From Clostridia bacterium (GTDB taxonomy: Bacteria > Bacillota > Clostridia > Christensenellales > Aristaeellaceae): a stretch of 64,000 nt of DNA. Positions within the stretch are counted from its first letter, which is position 1. Each line of letters starts with the position of its first letter. The stretch is from the NCBI GenBank assembly GCA_017410455.1, contig JAFQQT010000027.1:15028-79027 (forward strand), read 5' to 3'. The notes below the pieces were generated by a model. The model did no database searches. It was not told the origin of the DNA and saw only the letters and a program-made list of their open reading frames with translations. Both the position numbers and the translations under genes were made by a program. Below are positions 37,896 to 45,270 of the stretch, piece by piece.

Positions 37896-38355
37896 CCTGA
37901 CAGGCCGATCCCTCCGGGGGTGATACCTGATCAGCCCCGATCGTGGGGGGTAAGGGGGGCAGGACAGAGCGCAGCGATGGCCTGACCGATCCCACCGGAG
38001 GTGATAAGGCACAGGCCGAGCGCAGCGACAGCCTGATCAGGCCTCCCCCATCAAAGGGGAAAGGGCACAGGCTGAGCGCAGCGATGGCCTGATCAGGCCT
38101 CCCCAATCAAAGGGGAACAGGCGCAGGCCAAGCGCAGCGATGGCCTGATCAGGTCTCCCCAATCAAAGGGGGAAAGGGCACAGGCCGAGCGCAGCGATGG
38201 CCCGATCAGGCCTCCCCAATCAAAGGGGAAAGGGCGCAGGCCAAGCGCAGCGATGGCCCACCCCCACCAACGGTGGCAAGGCAAGCCCATCGCAGCGCCC
38301 CCATCCCATCCCCACCCGATCGGTGGAAAGGGGTACCAGCCGAGCTCCGCAATGG
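37896..38355. repeat. tandem array of about 9 units of ~56 bp
   Basis: Units start at 37896, 37926, 37981, 38032, 38088, 38143, 38201, 38257 and ~38300. Core unit: CCTGATCAGGCCTCCCCAATCAAAGGGGAAAGGGCACAGGCCGAGCGCAGCGATGG. Confidence 0.85.
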
Positions 38356-38369
38356 CCCCGTCCCACAAA

Positions 38370-38404
38370 CCAAATTCCTGATCCATAATTCCTAATTCAT
38401 AATT
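38370..38404 (-). repeat. AT-rich module copy
   Basis: Minus-sense AATTATGAATTAGGAATTATGGATCAGGAATTTGG, directly after the pepM terminator. Confidence 0.8.
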
Positions 38405-38433
38405 AAAACGGGCTTGCCCCGTTGGACAAGCCC
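38405..38433 (-). terminator. rho-independent terminator of the phosphonate operon
   Basis: Minus-sense GGGCTTG-TCCAACGGGG-CAAGCCC followed by GTTTTAATT. Confidence 0.6.
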
Positions 38434-38443
38434 GACCTCCCCC

Positions 38444-39736
38444 TCACTGATTGGGCAGCAGCGTCAGGATCTCTTTAATGGACATGCACAGCTGATCAGC
38501 CTCGCGGCTGCGGCCGTTCTCCAGGATCGACCGGGCCGTGGCCTGCATGGCCGGGAAGGCGCTGCGGATCAGGTGGTTGGCGTGGATGACGACGTTCACC
38601 CCGTGGGCGGCCAGCTCGGCCTCGGTGGCGCCGTTGTAGGTCGTGGGCACGACGATGATGGGCGTCTTCGGGTCCACCCGGCGGAAGGCGTCGCAGAAGG
38701 TGTACACCTCGTCCGGGGTCTTCGACTTGGAGTGGATCATGATGCCGTCGGCCCCGGCCTTCACATAGGCGTGGCAGCGGGTCAGGGCGTCCTCCATCCC
38801 CTGCTCCAGGATCAGGCTCTCGCAGCGGGCGATGATCATGAAGTCGCGGGTCTTCCGGGCGGCCTTGCCGGCGGCGATCTTGTGGCAGAAGTCCTCGATG
38901 CTGTCCTGCACCTGCCCCACGCCCGCGCCAAAGAGGCTGTTCTTTTTCAGGCCCTTCTTGTCCTCGATGATGATGGCGGAGATGCCCATGCGCTCCAGGG
39001 TCTGCACGTTGTATACGAAGTGCTCCACCAGGCCGCCGGTGTCCCCGTCGAGGATAATGGGCTTGGTGGTGACCTCCATGATCTCCTCCAGCGTGCGCAG
39101 GCGGCTGGTCATGTCCACCAGCTCGATGTCAGGCTTGCCCTTGGCGGTGGAGTCGCACAGGCTGCTGACCCACATGGCGTCAAACTGGCGGCGGCCTGCG
39201 GGGGTCTCCACGGCGGTCTTTTCCACGATCAGGCCGGTGATGCCGTTGTGGGCCTCGCACACGCTCAGGCAGGGCTTGCAGCTCAGCAGGCGGCGCAGGC
39301 GGCTCCGGCGGGTCTCCGGCAGGGACAGCAGCGCGTCCAGCGCGGAGAGGGTCTCCTCCGTGGGCGTGTGCGTGTAGGGGAACTCGACGAGCTGTCCGCC
39401 CCACCGGGCCAGCACCTCGATCACCCTCTGGCGGATGTTGGCCTGGTAGCCCACGAGCCAGTCATCCCCGTGGACGACGACGTCCGGCTTCAGCCGGATG
39501 AGGATATCGGTGTAGTCGAGGGTCTCCTGCACCACCACGCGGCTGACGTATTTCAGGCTCTCGAACATCGCCACGCGCTCCTCCAGCGGCAGCAGCGGGT
39601 AATGCTTGTAGCTGGCCACAACCTCGTCCGTCAGGATGCCGACGGTCACTTCGCCCAGCGCCGCGGCCTTCTTGAGGATGGAGAGGTGGCCGTTGTGGAT
39701 GATGTCGGTGGAAAAGCAAATGTAGACCTGCTTCAT
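38444..39736 (-). CDS. aepX: cytidylyltransferase-PEP mutase fusion protein
   Basis: N-terminal HxGH nucleotidyltransferase motif STDIIHNGH. C-terminal PEP mutase motifs ILDGDTGG and IIIEDKKGLKKNS. Confidence 0.85.
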   Translation of the reverse strand: MKQVYICFSTDIIHNGHLSILKKAAALGEVTVGILTDEVVASYKHYPLLPLEERVAMFESLKYVSRVVVQETLDYTDILIRLKPDVVVHGDDWLVGYQANIRQRVIEVLARWGGQLVEFPYTHTPTEETLSALDALLSLPETRRSRLRRLLSCKPCLSVCEAHNGITGLIVEKTAVETPAGRRQFDAMWVSSLCDSTAKGKPDIELVDMTSRLRTLEEIMEVTTKPIILDGDTGGLVEHFVYNVQTLERMGISAIIIEDKKGLKKNSLFGAGVGQVQDSIEDFCHKIAAGKAARKTRDFMIIARCESLILEQGMEDALTRCHAYVKAGADGIMIHSKSKTPDEVYTFCDAFRRVDPKTPIIVVPTTYNGATEAELAAHGVNVVIHANHLIRSAFPAMQATARSILENGRSREADQLCMSIKEILTLLPNQ

Positions 39737-40548
39737 GCCAGTACCTCCTTGGCAAAGCGGCGGCTGACGGCTTCCTTGTCAGCCTGGTTGTCGATCTCGG
39801 CGCAGAGGAGCCCCGCCACATCCAGCGGGCGGATGGGGATCTCCCGCCACGCGGCGTTGAAGGCGTTCTCGGCGTAGACGCGGTCGTTCCCGGCGGATTC
39901 GAAGGCGGCGATCTCCTGCAGCCAGCGGTCCACCTGAGCAGCCCTGAGCAGATAGGCGGGCTGCAATTCGACGCAGTCCGGGCCGAAGACGTTCACGCCC
40001 ACCTCGCAGACGAGGCCATCGGCAATGCGCCCCTTGAAGTCCTTTTCGGGCAGGGGTAGCGTGCTGTCGACGGTCACGGCGGATACGGGGGACGCGGCCA
40101 GGCGGCGCATCACCTCCGGGTGCATCACCAGGTCGCCGTGCAGGCTGATGACATCCTGACCAGCAAGGAGTTCGCGCGCCAGGTGAACGGAGTGGATGTA
40201 ATTGGTCTCCCAGAAGCGCGGATTGTGCACGAAGCGGAAGCGGATGGGCGTGTCCAGCGAGCGGAGGTAGCCTTCCAGCATGTCGCTCAGGTGCCCGGTG
40301 GTGACCACGGCCTCGGTGACGCCGACGGCTTCCAGGCACTTCAGCTGCCAGGAGATGATGGTCTCCGGGAGTGGCCCAAGGTCGGACGCATGTCCGACTG
40401 GCGACAGCGATTCCTTGGAATCGCCGAGCGTAGCCAGCGGCGGAGCTTGCCTCCGGTGATGGCCGAGTACCGTCATGCATTTGGGGTGTTCGCGGGTCTC
40501 GTCCCCCATGCGGGAGCCGAGGCCGGAATTGAGAAGCAGTGCGATCAT
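39733..40548 (-). CDS. LicC-like nucleotidyl(cytidylyl)transferase
   Basis: Start chosen at MIALLLNSGLGSRMG (GGAGAA RBS). The stop overlaps the pepM-fusion start (ATGA). Confidence 0.7.
   Translation of the reverse strand: MIALLLNSGLGSRMGDETREHPKCMTVLGHHRRQAPPLATLGDSKESLSPVGHASDLGPLPETIISWQLKCLEAVGVTEAVVTTGHLSDMLEGYLRSLDTPIRFRFVHNPRFWETNYIHSVHLARELLAGQDVISLHGDLVMHPEVMRRLAASPVSAVTVDSTLPLPEKDFKGRIADGLVCEVGVNVFGPDCVELQPAYLLRAAQVDRWLQEIAAFESAGNDRVYAENAFNAAWREIPIRPLDVAGLLCAEIDNQADKEAVSRRFAKEVLA
40381..40455 (+). repeat. three-hairpin intragenic element, copy 4 (inside the LicC-like gene, antisense to it)
   Basis: H1 GTCGGAC-GCAT-GTCCGAC at 40381-40398. H2 GCGATTCC-TT-GGAATCGC at 40407-40424. H3 CGGAG-CTTGC-CTCCG at 40441-40455. 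Confidence 0.75.
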
Positions 40549-40599
40549 AGCGTTCTCCATCAGGGTATATATTGGGATTAAGGTATATTTCAGGATCGT

Positions 40600-40881
40600 C
40601 TCCAGTGCTGCCGCAGGGGCGGGTGTCAGCCCCCTTCGCCGCTGGTTCACGCCGCCGCAGGACACCTCATCACCGCCTGCGGGCGGAGCTTCCCCTCAAG
40701 GGGAAGCCGGGGAGGCGCCGGGCAGGGCGTTCCATTGCGGGTTTGCGTTGGTGCGGCATGCGGGAGGACTGCAGCATAGCAGACCAGCCCAAGCCTCCCT
40801 CCCCGAGGGAGGTAGATTCCTTCGCGGCTTGAAAAGCCGGGTAGGAAGACGGAAGGGGGCCTCCTGCAGGCCTCGCCGGGC
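40600..40881 (+). repeat. composite GC-rich intergenic repeat inside the phosphonate operon
   Basis: C/D module at 40663-40767, then the CCTCCCTCCCCGAGGGAGG hairpin and others. Confidence 0.75.
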
Positions 40882-42099
40882 TCACTGCTGCAGGAAGGCC
40901 ATCAGCGCGTCGCGGTTCTGCTGCGGGGTGGTGGTGGGGCGGCCGAGGTCAGCCCGCGCACCCACGGCGCACATCACCTCGATGAAGGCCAGCTCCCCGG
41001 CGGACAGGGCCGCATCGATGGCATTGAGCAGGGTTTCGGGGCTGTTCGCGCGGCAGACGCTGCGGTAGCCCGCGGCCATGGCCAGGGCGCACAGGTCGAG
41101 GCCGCCCTCGCACACGGGCATGCCGCCGACGGTCTCATGGGCGCCATTGTTGATCACGACATGCACAAGGTTGCGGGGCTGCCGCTGGCCGATGACCGCC
41201 ATCGCGCCCAGGTGCATCAGGGCTGCGCCGTCGCCATCCAGGCACCAGATGCGGCGCTCGGGCTGCTCCATGGCAATGCCCAGGGCGATCATGGAGGCGT
41301 GGCCCATGCTGCCCACGGTGAGGAAGTCGCGCTCGTGGCCCTGATGTGCCGCCTCCCGCAGCTCGAACAGCTCGCGGCTGAGCTTGCCTGTGGTAGACAC
41401 GAAGGCGTCGCGGCTCCCCGCCAGCCGGGCGATGATCCCCACGGCCTCCTCGCGGGTCATGGCGTGGGCGTTGCCGTAGACGGGCTTGGCGGAGCAGGTG
41501 AGCGCGCCCTTCTTCACCACGATGGCCGCGGTGCGGTTGGCAGCCAGGTGGGCGCGGATGCCCGCGAAGGCCGCGTCGAAGTCGGCCTCGGTCATGGCCT
41601 TGTCCAGCACCATGTACGGCACATCCAGCAGCTCCAGCTGGCTGAGGGTCACCTGCCCCTGCTTGACATGCTGCGGCTCGTCATCAGTCGCCCTCGTCAC
41701 GCTTTGCGCGCCGGGGGTACAGGCCATCAAATCCGAGGATTTGACAGCCTTAGTCAGCGGTGAACCGCTGACCTCCGTCACGGGTTCGCCGCGCCAGCCG
41801 ACGACCAGCAGGCAGGGCATGGCGTAGACCTGAGCATCCATCAGCGAGGCCAGGGGGTTGACGGCGTTGCCCAGGCCGGAATTCTGCATGTAGCACAGCG
41901 CGGGCCGCCCGGTGGCCAGGAAATGCCCGGCGCACAGGCCGATGGCGTTGCCCTCGTTGGCGGCGACGATGTGCTTCTCCTTCACGCCCAGGGTGGCATA
42001 GAGCGTATCGCACAGCCCCTTGAGCTGCGAGTCCGGCACGCCGGTGAAGAAGTCGATGCCCGCATCACGGCAGGCGGCAAGCAGGTGCTGTGCGTCCAT
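40882..42099 (-). CDS. aepY: phosphonopyruvate decarboxylase (ThDP enzyme)
   Basis: ThDP motif GDGAALMHLGAMA..NNGAHETVGG. VVGWRGEP...DDEPQHVKQG block. Confidence 0.85.
   Translation of the reverse strand: MDAQHLLAACRDAGIDFFTGVPDSQLKGLCDTLYATLGVKEKHIVAANEGNAIGLCAGHFLATGRPALCYMQNSGLGNAVNPLASLMDAQVYAMPCLLVVGWRGEPVTEVSGSPLTKAVKSSDLMACTPGAQSVTRATDDEPQHVKQGQVTLSQLELLDVPYMVLDKAMTEADFDAAFAGIRAHLAANRTAAIVVKKGALTCSAKPVYGNAHAMTREEAVGIIARLAGSRDAFVSTTGKLSRELFELREAAHQGHERDFLTVGSMGHASMIALGIAMEQPERRIWCLDGDGAALMHLGAMAVIGQRQPRNLVHVVINNGAHETVGGMPVCEGGLDLCALAMAAGYRSVCRANSPETLLNAIDAALSAGELAFIEVMCAVGARADLGRPTTTPQQNRDALMAFLQQ
41689..41784 (-). repeat. in-frame three-hairpin intragenic element, copy 3 (inside aepY, sense)
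   Basis: Sense H1 GTCAGCGG-TTCA-CCGCTGAC (41772-41753). Sense H2 TCAAATCC-TC-GGATTTGA (41744-41727). Encodes VTEVSGSPLTKAVKSSDLMACTPGAQSVTRAT. Confidence 0.75.
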
Positions 42100-42261
42100 G
42101 TGTCATCACTCCATTGGTTGGTATTCATATCATTATAGCATATCCGGCAGGGTTTGGCTACAGGAGATTTCAGCAGGCAGCAAAAAAGGCCGCCGCACCG
42201 AAGCGCAGCGACCAAACCAGGGTACATTCCAGGACTCCCGAAAACCACCCCAGTCCACAAA

Positions 42262-42294
42262 CCCAATTCATAATTCCTGATTCCTAATTCCTGC
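42262..42294 (-). repeat. AT-rich module copy abutting the capA stop
   Basis: Minus-sense GCAGGAATTAGGAATCAGGAATTATGAATTGGG, starting 1 nt after the TGA. Confidence 0.8.
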
Positions 42295-42295
42295 T

Positions 42296-43471
42296 TCACT
42301 TCTCCTCTCCCCATTCCAGCGGATACTCCGCCACCGCATAGGTCAGGTTCTTGCCGTTCCTGAGGAGGGTGTTGACGACGGCCTCCTTGGAAGAGGCGCT
42401 GTCGTAGGGCGTGGGGGTGAAGTCGTTGCGGTTGGTGCGGGAGGAGATGCGGATGGGGATGATGCGGAAGCCCTCGTTGGCGATGACCTGGCCCTCCTCG
42501 CCCTCGGTGATGCGGAAGCGGGTCTGGAAGAGGAAGGACGTCATGTCATCGGGGTTGTTGTGGCCAGCGAAACAGAAGTTGCCCAGGCTGTAGCAGATGT
42601 ACACGCCCTTGTACTGCTCGATGGGCTGGATGCGGTGGCTGTGGTGGCCGATGACCAGATCCGCGCCGGAATCCACGGCCAGGCGGCCCATCTTGACCTG
42701 ATTGTTCGTGGGGACGTACTCCTTCTCGTTCCCCCAGTGGAAGCTGACGATCACGATGGGGTACTGCGCCTTGGCGGCGGCGATGTCTGCAGGCACCACG
42801 TCCCAGAGCTTCGAATAGCGGTCGATGCACAGGTAGGAGAGCATGGCGATCTTGACGCCCTTGACCTCGTAGACGCCCAGTTCGCCATCGCCGGACCAGA
42901 CCACGCCCGCATCCGTCAGGTGCTGCTTGGTTTCGTCCCACACGGCCTGGCCGTGATCGAGCACGTGGTTGTTCTCCAGCGACACGGCCTCGATGGAGTT
43001 GTCCGTCAGCATCCTGGTGTAGGAGGGCGGCGCGCTGAAGAGGAACTGGTTCTCCCGCTTCTCCGGGGGTACATAGGTGCTCTCGGTCAGCGTGCCCTCG
43101 AAGTTCACGATGGTCAGGTCGTCCTTTTCGAGGATGGACCTGATGTTGCGCAGAGCAAAGTTGGGGTCGCCGCCCTGGCGCTCCAGCTCATCCTCCCAGA
43201 TACTGCCCCGGTCGCGGCTGTCCCCGCCGACGGTGAAATCGCCCGTGGCGGTGATGGTGATGAGGATGGAGCCGTCCTCCTCGTAGAAGCTGGTGAGGGT
43301 CGCTTCCACCTCGATGGCCTGATCCTCCACTTCCTCAGGGATGACGATAAAGGTGTCGAACACCACGTCCGGGTCGGCGTTTTCCATCAGGTCCGCCATG
43401 GACAGCTCCTCCTCCGCAAGGGCCGCGGGGATGAGCAGCAGGCACAGCAGCAGCACGATCAGTTTGCGCAT
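42296..43471 (-). CDS. CapA-family (poly-gamma-glutamate/metallophosphatase-like) secreted protein
   Basis: Signal peptide. GHHSHRIQPIE and YSLGNFCF motifs. Confidence 0.8.
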   Translation of the reverse strand: MRKLIVLLLCLLLIPAALAEEELSMADLMENADPDVVFDTFIVIPEEVEDQAIEVEATLTSFYEEDGSILITITATGDFTVGGDSRDRGSIWEDELERQGGDPNFALRNIRSILEKDDLTIVNFEGTLTESTYVPPEKRENQFLFSAPPSYTRMLTDNSIEAVSLENNHVLDHGQAVWDETKQHLTDAGVVWSGDGELGVYEVKGVKIAMLSYLCIDRYSKLWDVVPADIAAAKAQYPIVIVSFHWGNEKEYVPTNNQVKMGRLAVDSGADLVIGHHSHRIQPIEQYKGVYICYSLGNFCFAGHNNPDDMTSFLFQTRFRITEGEEGQVIANEGFRIIPIRISSRTNRNDFTPTPYDSASSKEAVVNTLLRNGKNLTYAVAEYPLEWGEEK

Positions 43472-43493
43472 GGGTACCTCCAGTATGTTCGTA

Positions 43494-44678
43494 TTAGCCG
43501 CGCACCTGGCGGACGAAAGCCTCCATGCGCTCCAGGGCGATGTTCAGCTTGTCGATGCCCGTGGCGTAGGAGCAGCGGATGTGGCCCTCGCCGCAGGCGC
43601 CGAAGGCCGTGCCGGGCACGCAGGCCACCTTGTGCTCCAGCAGCAGGCGGTTGCAGAAGTCCTCGCTGGTCAGGCCCGTGGGCTGGATGCCGGGGAAGAC
43701 GTAGAACGCGCCCCTGGGCTCAAAGCACTCCAGGCCCATGGCCCGGAAGCCCTCCACCATCAGGCGGCGGCGGCGGTCGTAGCTCTCGCGCATCTTCCGC
43801 ACGTCCTCATAATCGGTCAGGCGGCCGCTGCGCAGGGCCTCCAGCGCGGCCACCTGGCCCATGCGCGGAGCACACATGATGCCGTACTGGTGGATCTTGA
43901 GCATCACAGAGATGATCTCCCGCGGGCCGCAGGCATAGCCCACGCGCCAGCCGGTCATGGCAAAGGCCTTCGAGAAGCCGTTCAGGGTAATGGTGCGCTG
44001 CCACATGCCGGGCAGCGCCGCGAAGGACACATGCTGATGGTCGCCGTAGGACAGCTCGGCGTAGATCTCGTCGGAGATGACCAGCAGGTCATGCTTCTCC
44101 ACCACTGCGGCGATCTTCAGCAGATCCTCCCGGCCCATCACGCCGCCGGTGGGGTTGTTGGGATACGGCAGGATCAGGAACTTCGTCCGGGGGGTGATGG
44201 CCGCTTCGATGGCCTCGGGGGTGAGGCGGAACTCAGTCTCCGCCGTGGTCACCACGCCCACGGGGGTGCCAGTGGCGAAGATGACGCTGGGGCTGTAGCT
44301 GACGTAGCTGGGTTCGGGCACCAGCACCTCGTCGCCGGGGGAAACCAGGGCGCGCAGGGCCACGTCGATGGCCTCCGAGGCGCCCACGGTCACCATGATC
44401 TCCGTGGCCGGGTCGTACTTCGTCTGGTAGCGGTGCTCCAGATACCAGCTGATCTCCTCCAGGAGCTCAGGCATGCCACGGTTGCCGGTGTACTGCGTTT
44501 CGCCGTCCAGCAGGCTGTTGATGGCGGCGTTGCGGATGTGATAGGGGGTCACGAAATCCGGCTCGCCCACGCCCAGGGAAATGGCGTCCTTCATCGTGGC
44601 GGCAATGTCAAAGAAACGGCGGATGCCGCTGGGGGGCACGGCCGCGATGGCGGGGTTGATAAACTTCTCGTACGTCAC
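43494..44678 (-). CDS. class I/II PLP-dependent aminotransferase
   Basis: GVGEPDF and the PLP-lysine motif GFSKAFAMTGWRVGY. Confidence 0.85.
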   Translation of the reverse strand: MTYEKFINPAIAAVPPSGIRRFFDIAATMKDAISLGVGEPDFVTPYHIRNAAINSLLDGETQYTGNRGMPELLEEISWYLEHRYQTKYDPATEIMVTVGASEAIDVALRALVSPGDEVLVPEPSYVSYSPSVIFATGTPVGVVTTAETEFRLTPEAIEAAITPRTKFLILPYPNNPTGGVMGREDLLKIAAVVEKHDLLVISDEIYAELSYGDHQHVSFAALPGMWQRTITLNGFSKAFAMTGWRVGYACGPREIISVMLKIHQYGIMCAPRMGQVAALEALRSGRLTDYEDVRKMRESYDRRRRLMVEGFRAMGLECFEPRGAFYVFPGIQPTGLTSEDFCNRLLLEHKVACVPGTAFGACGEGHIRCSYATGIDKLNIALERMEAFVRQVRG

Positions 44679-45166
44679 GGGGTGATCACCAGCCTGTTGT
44701 CAGTTTTGCCTTCCTCAAAGACCACGCCCTCTTCCTTGTAGCGCTTGAGGATGAAGGAGGTGGCCGTACCGGTCACCATTTCCAGCGTGGAGAGCTTCGA
44801 GGACACGAACAGCGCGCACTCCTTCAGCGTCCTGCCCTCCACCAGCACCAGCAGGTCATAGCCGCCGCTCATCAGATAAACGGACTTGACCTCCTCAAAC
44901 CGGTAGATGCGCTTGGCCACCTCGTCAAAGCCCGCGTCCCGCTGGGGCGTCACGGACACCTGGATCATCGCCTCCACTCGCTCGCGGTCGGTCTTGTCCC
45001 AGTTGATGGTGGGCGCATAGCGCAGGATGACGCGCTGCTTCTCCAGGCTGTCGATGGTCTCCGCCACCTCGGCAGTCGTGGCGCCCAGCATCACCGCCAG
45101 CTTCTCCAGCGGCAGGCGGCAATCCTCCTGCAGCAGATCCAGCAGCTGCATTTCAAGCTTTTTCAT
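44675..45166 (-). CDS. Lrp/AsnC-family transcriptional regulator
   Basis: HTH plus an RAM-like domain. The stop overlaps the aminotransferase start. Confidence 0.85.
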   Translation of the reverse strand: MKKLEMQLLDLLQEDCRLPLEKLAVMLGATTAEVAETIDSLEKQRVILRYAPTINWDKTDRERVEAMIQVSVTPQRDAGFDEVAKRIYRFEEVKSVYLMSGGYDLLVLVEGRTLKECALFVSSKLSTLEMVTGTATSFILKRYKEEGVVFEEGKTDNRLVITP

Positions 45167-45270
45167 CGGGATATCCCCCTTTCATGCGAATAATACTGAA
45201 ACAGTATACAACAAACGTACCGTATACGCAAGTATTTTCTGCGTATGCTGCCGTTCTTCCCCCTGCGCCG

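Noticed and set aside
37896-38355. Tandem ~56-bp array as a CRISPR locus
   Set aside because: Almost the whole unit is conserved between copies, so there are no unique spacers. Unit length varies from 51 to 58 nt. No cas genes or leader-like features are present. The units share motifs with the other intergenic repeats.
38405-38433. The pepM terminator acting bidirectionally to stop a plus-strand array transcript
   Set aside because: The T-run exists only on the minus-sense side. On the plus strand the hairpin is followed by GACCTCCCCC, so it cannot be called a plus-strand intrinsic terminator.
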